Source of the DNA: Flavobacteriales bacterium
GTDB taxonomy: Bacteria > Bacteroidota > Bacteroidia > Palsa-965
Direction: 5' to 3'
Assembly: GCA_040377305.1 (NCBI GenBank)
Contig: JBEIPA010000001.1
Span: forward strand, 192,001-256,000
Length of the DNA stretch: 64,000 nucleotides
Shown: positions 60,845 through 64,000 of the stretch, piece after piece
How the letters are laid out: each line of letters begins with the position of its first letter
Position numbering within the stretch: position 1 is the stretch's first letter
Notes under the pieces: model-generated
Told to the model about the DNA's origin: nothing
The model's database searches: none
Seen by the model: the letters and a program-made list of their open reading frames with translations, nothing else
Position numbers and translations under genes: made by a program

Positions 60845-62341
60845 GTGAAATCGCGTATTGCATATTTTGTTGTTGCATTAGTTGCACTTGCATCTGTTTA
60901 TTCAGGATGCAAAAAAGATGCGCCTTCCATTGACTTAGAAGGTTCTCAGTATCCGGATGAAATCGGACAAATCATTCTCGGCAATTGCGCCACCAGCGGA
61001 TGTCATAACGACGCCAGTTCACACGTAGCTGCCGGCCTTAACCTTTCTTCCTGGGAAAAATGTATGCAGGGCGATCGCAACGGGGCTGTTGTGATTCCGT
61101 ATTCGCATGAGTTCAGTACGATGTTCATGTATTGCAACACGTATCCTGATCTCGGACTGACAGCGGAACCGACAATGCCCTTCAACGACGATCCACTTAC
61201 ACGTGCCCAGGTAATAACACTTCGTAACTGGATCAATGCGGGTGCACCTTCGCGTACGGGAGAAATTCCGTTCTCCGGAAATGCATCGCGCAAAAAAATC
61301 TACGTTACGAATCAGGGCTGTGACGTAGTTACGGTGATCGATGCTGCGACTGGAATTCCCATGCGTTACATTTCCGTTGGAAGTTCATCAAGTATTGAAT
61401 TGCCACATGGCTTGCGCTTGTCTCCCGATGGTGAATACTGGTACGTGTGTTTTGCGAATGGAAGTTACCTGGAGAAATACAGAACTTCCGATGATGCGTT
61501 TGTGGGAAGAATTCTTCTGGGCGCAAACACATCTGCAGCATTCGGAAGCTGGAACACATTCACCATTACTTCTGATTCGCGCAATGCATACGTGGTACAC
61601 TGGGATCCAAATGGAGCCGGAAGAATTGTACGCGTTGATCTGGAAACGATGCAGTACACACATATCATAGCGAGTTCCATCTTCAACCAGACTCATGGAT
61701 CGGCAGTTTCTGCCGATGGAAACACGTTGTACGTAACGACCACGCGGGGAAATTTTATTTACAAAGTCGATCTAAGTAATCTGTCGCAAATTACCGCTGA
61801 CCAAATTATTATTGACGGTGTAAGTCCGACTCCGCAACCCGGCAACTCTGAAAACGGACATGAAATTGCAATCGCTCCCGATGGTACAAAATATTTCATA
61901 ACCTGTGAAGGCACAAATAATGTCCGTGTCTTTGATATCGCAACAGATGCGTTGATTGCAACAATTCCGGTTGGTGTGAGACCCTTAGAAATTGTTCTTT
62001 CAAACACGACGCCTTACGGATATGTAACGTGTTCTGACGATACACTCACATTTCCCGGCAAACGCGGCTCCGTGCATTGCTTCAACTGGCAATCGAACAC
62101 TGCTGTTGGTTCAGTGTATCCCGGGCATCAGCCACATGGAATAACGTTGGACGAAGATCAGCAGCAAGTGATCATCGCTAACCGCAATATATCCAACGAC
62201 GGACCCACCCCGCATCACGTGGGCACCTGCGCTGGAAGAAACGGAAGTGTTGCTTTCATCGATATGTTTTCACTTGCCGTTCTCGATGACAAAGACCTCG
62301 AAGTAAGTGTTGATCCTTATGCTTGCCTCTATCGCCCATGA
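60845..62341 (+). CDS. Lipoprotein with N-terminal cytochrome c-like domain and YncE/YVTN beta-propeller
   Basis: YSGC lipobox, CATSGCH, MP...L...I.NWI.AGA; repeated YVTN/PHG blades. Confidence 0.8.
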   Translation: MKSRIAYFVVALVALASVYSGCKKDAPSIDLEGSQYPDEIGQIILGNCATSGCHNDASSHVAAGLNLSSWEKCMQGDRNGAVVIPYSHEFSTMFMYCNTYPDLGLTAEPTMPFNDDPLTRAQVITLRNWINAGAPSRTGEIPFSGNASRKKIYVTNQGCDVVTVIDAATGIPMRYISVGSSSSIELPHGLRLSPDGEYWYVCFANGSYLEKYRTSDDAFVGRILLGANTSAAFGSWNTFTITSDSRNAYVVHWDPNGAGRIVRVDLETMQYTHIIASSIFNQTHGSAVSADGNTLYVTTTRGNFIYKVDLSNLSQITADQIIIDGVSPTPQPGNSENGHEIAIAPDGTKYFITCEGTNNVRVFDIATDALIATIPVGVRPLEIVLSNTTPYGYVTCSDDTLTFPGKRGSVHCFNWQSNTAVGSVYPGHQPHGITLDEDQQQVIIANRNISNDGPTPHHVGTCAGRNGSVAFIDMFSLAVLDDKDLEVSVDPYACLYRP

Positions 62342-62745
62342 GTGAACTAAAAGACAAAGGAATTGTGCTGTTCGACGGTGTATGTAACTTCTGCAACTCG
62401 AGTGTGAACTTTATGATTCGCAAAGACAACACAGACTATTTTCGTTTTCTTCCACTGCAATCGGAAAAAGGAAAATCAATCGTCGAGCGTTTTAATCTCG
62501 ATCCTGAAAATCTGCAAACAGTGATTCTTCTCGAAGATGGGAAAATTTACACCCGTTCGACAGCAGCATTGCGTATTGTGCGAAAGTTAAAAGGTGGGTG
62601 GAAACTGATGTACGGATTTGTAATTGTACCCACATTCATACGCGATGTGTTTTACAACATCATTGCAAAAAATCGTTACCGCTGGTGGGGAGAAAAAGAA
62701 TCGTGTATGGTTCCGACTCCTGACGTAAAAAAGAAATTTCTCTGA
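62338..62745 (+). CDS. DCC1-like thiol-disulfide oxidoreductase (DUF393)
   Basis: LFDGVCNFC and RD.FY..IAKNRYRWWG motifs; ATGA overlap with the upstream gene. Confidence 0.9.
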   Translation: MSELKDKGIVLFDGVCNFCNSSVNFMIRKDNTDYFRFLPLQSEKGKSIVERFNLDPENLQTVILLEDGKIYTRSTAALRIVRKLKGGWKLMYGFVIVPTFIRDVFYNIIAKNRYRWWGEKESCMVPTPDVKKKFL

Positions 62746-62746
62746 T

Positions 62747-63235
62747 CTATTTCTTTTTCTTCGCGGAAGATTTTTTCCGGCTACGGCTCACGTGCTTTAC
62801 AGGTTTCTTCGGAAAAGAAAGAGAAAGCAATTTTTTGGGGAAATCAATTACAGCTTTGTAAGCAACGAGCACATCACTTCCAAGCACTCCGGCTATCGCA
62901 GCAAATCCGATTGCAGCATACGTGTGATTCACGTGCTGTAAATCCAGAACAACCGCTGGGAACTTATCGATCTTCAGTTTACCCAACGAAAAACTATCCA
63001 GTGTTACTACCTGGCTGATCATGTCGGATGTTCCGAGACCGGTTGAAACCTGATCGTGTTCGGCAATTTCTTCCGTACGCAGATATTTCAGAATTTCAGT
63101 TTTATCGAATACGGTTCGCGATGCTCCGGTGTCAACAATTACCAATGCGGGCTTACCGTTGATTTTCACCTTTGCCTGGAGGTGAAATCCATCGCCTTCT
63201 ATATTGAGTAACCGCAGTGGAATTTTTATAATCAT
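62747..63235 (-). CDS. Retropepsin-like aspartic protease
   Basis: IVDTGASRT and GVLGSD motifs. Confidence 0.85.
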   Translation of the reverse strand: MIIKIPLRLLNIEGDGFHLQAKVKINGKPALVIVDTGASRTVFDKTEILKYLRTEEIAEHDQVSTGLGTSDMISQVVTLDSFSLGKLKIDKFPAVVLDLQHVNHTYAAIGFAAIAGVLGSDVLVAYKAVIDFPKKLLSLSFPKKPVKHVSRSRKKSSAKKKK

Positions 63236-63296
63236 CGCTCTATAAAAAAGAAGGTTGGAAATAACTCCAACCTCCCGAATTGATTTTCATCCTATG

Positions 63297-64000
63297 CTAA
63301 ACGGCTGCATTCATTCCATCGAGAACGCTCATCACTTCCTTCACTGCTTTTGCAGAGTCAGCGAGTAATTTTTTCTCGTCGTCATTCAATTTGAGTTCGA
63401 TAATCTTCTCAATACCATTCTTTCCAAGAACACATGGTGCTCCAAGATAAATGTCCTTCATGCCATACTCGCCCTGCAACCATGCACACACCGGATAAAT
63501 ACGCTTCTGATCGCGCAGAATAGCTTCCACCATTTGTGCAGCTGCTGCTCCGGGCGCGTACCATGCAGATGTTCCGAGAAGATTTACAATTTCTCCACCG
63601 CCTTTTTTCGTGCGCTCGATAATTGCATCCAGTTCAGCTTTACCGATCAATTCTGTAACCGGAATTCCACCTACAGTTGTATAACGCGGAAGCGGAACCA
63701 TGGTATCTCCATGACCGCCCATAAGAACAGCCTGAATATCTTTTGGTGAGCAGTTCAGTGCCTCAGCAAGGAACGCGCGGTATCGTGCAGTGTCAAGAAT
63801 TCCTGCCATACCGAAAACCTTGCTGCTGTCGATTTTTGCAGTGAGGTATGCACAGTACGTCATTACGTCGAGTGGATTCGAAACGATAATGATGATTGCG
63901 TTAGGCGAATACTTGATGATGTTTTCAGTAACGTGCTTTACAATGGCAGCGTTGGTTGAAATCAGGTCATCGCGGCTCATGCCCGGTTTACGTGGAAGTC
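63297..64000 (-). CDS. mdh: Malate dehydrogenase (5'-truncated by the window edge)
   Basis: LPRKPGMSRDDL, VSNPLD, LDTAR and GGHGD motifs. Confidence 0.93.
   Translation of the reverse strand, partial: LPRKPGMSRDDLISTNAAIVKHVTENIIKYSPNAIIIIVSNPLDVMTYCAYLTAKIDSSKVFGMAGILDTARYRAFLAEALNCSPKDIQAVLMGGHGDTMVPLPRYTTVGGIPVTELIGKAELDAIIERTKKGGGEIVNLLGTSAWYAPGAAAAQMVEAILRDQKRIYPVCAWLQGEYGMKDIYLGAPCVLGKNGIEKIIELKLNDDEKKLLADSAKAVKEVMSVLDGMNAAV

Noticed and set aside
62747-63235. Retroelement-derived protease
   Set aside because: Stand-alone retropepsin-like proteases are ordinary bacterial genes, and no gag, RT or integrase is nearby.
1-64000. Numerous 60-210 aa antisense or alternate-frame ORFs in the track (e.g. 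10455..11054, 28778..29404, 48250..48879)
   Set aside because: They are shadows of well-supported genes and carry no recognisable motifs.
1-64000. Genetic-code reassignment or prophage
   Set aside because: Conserved genes are full length and end in TAA, TAG or TGA normally; there are no phage structural, integrase or replication genes.

Overview
A gene-dense, mostly housekeeping chromosomal segment from a Bacteroidota bacterium. The assignment rests on several T9SS C-terminal-sorting proteins, PorE-like OmpA proteins, a type III glutamine synthetase and many TAnnTTTG -7 promoter boxes. About 45 CDS are supported, including namZ-like, lolE-like, cbs, rluF, apt, nhaD, pyrF, prfA, purM, GSIII, tatA, secDF and mdh. 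I saw no rRNA, tRNA, CRISPR array, integrase or transposase. The strongest candidate system is at 57994-62745. A His-rich signal-anchor leader ORF ends in the ribosome-arrest-type motif RGPP. Its stop codon lies in the 5' arm of a perfect 11-bp stem whose 3' arm covers the initiation region of a TonB-dependent receptor. The receptor is followed by a CX4CH heme/beta-propeller lipoprotein and a DCC1 oxidoreductase, suggesting a metal-sensing translational switch. Other highlights are an unannotated ~109-nt structured RNA with its own consensus promoter (19029-19137, minus strand), a triple palindromic operator next to it, a four-helix-bundle gene inside inverted 7/8-mer repeat arrays with empty copies of the repeat elsewhere, a 36-aa membrane ORF missed by the track, and a frameshifted acyl-CoA dehydrogenase. 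All family assignments come from motif recognition by eye, not database searches.
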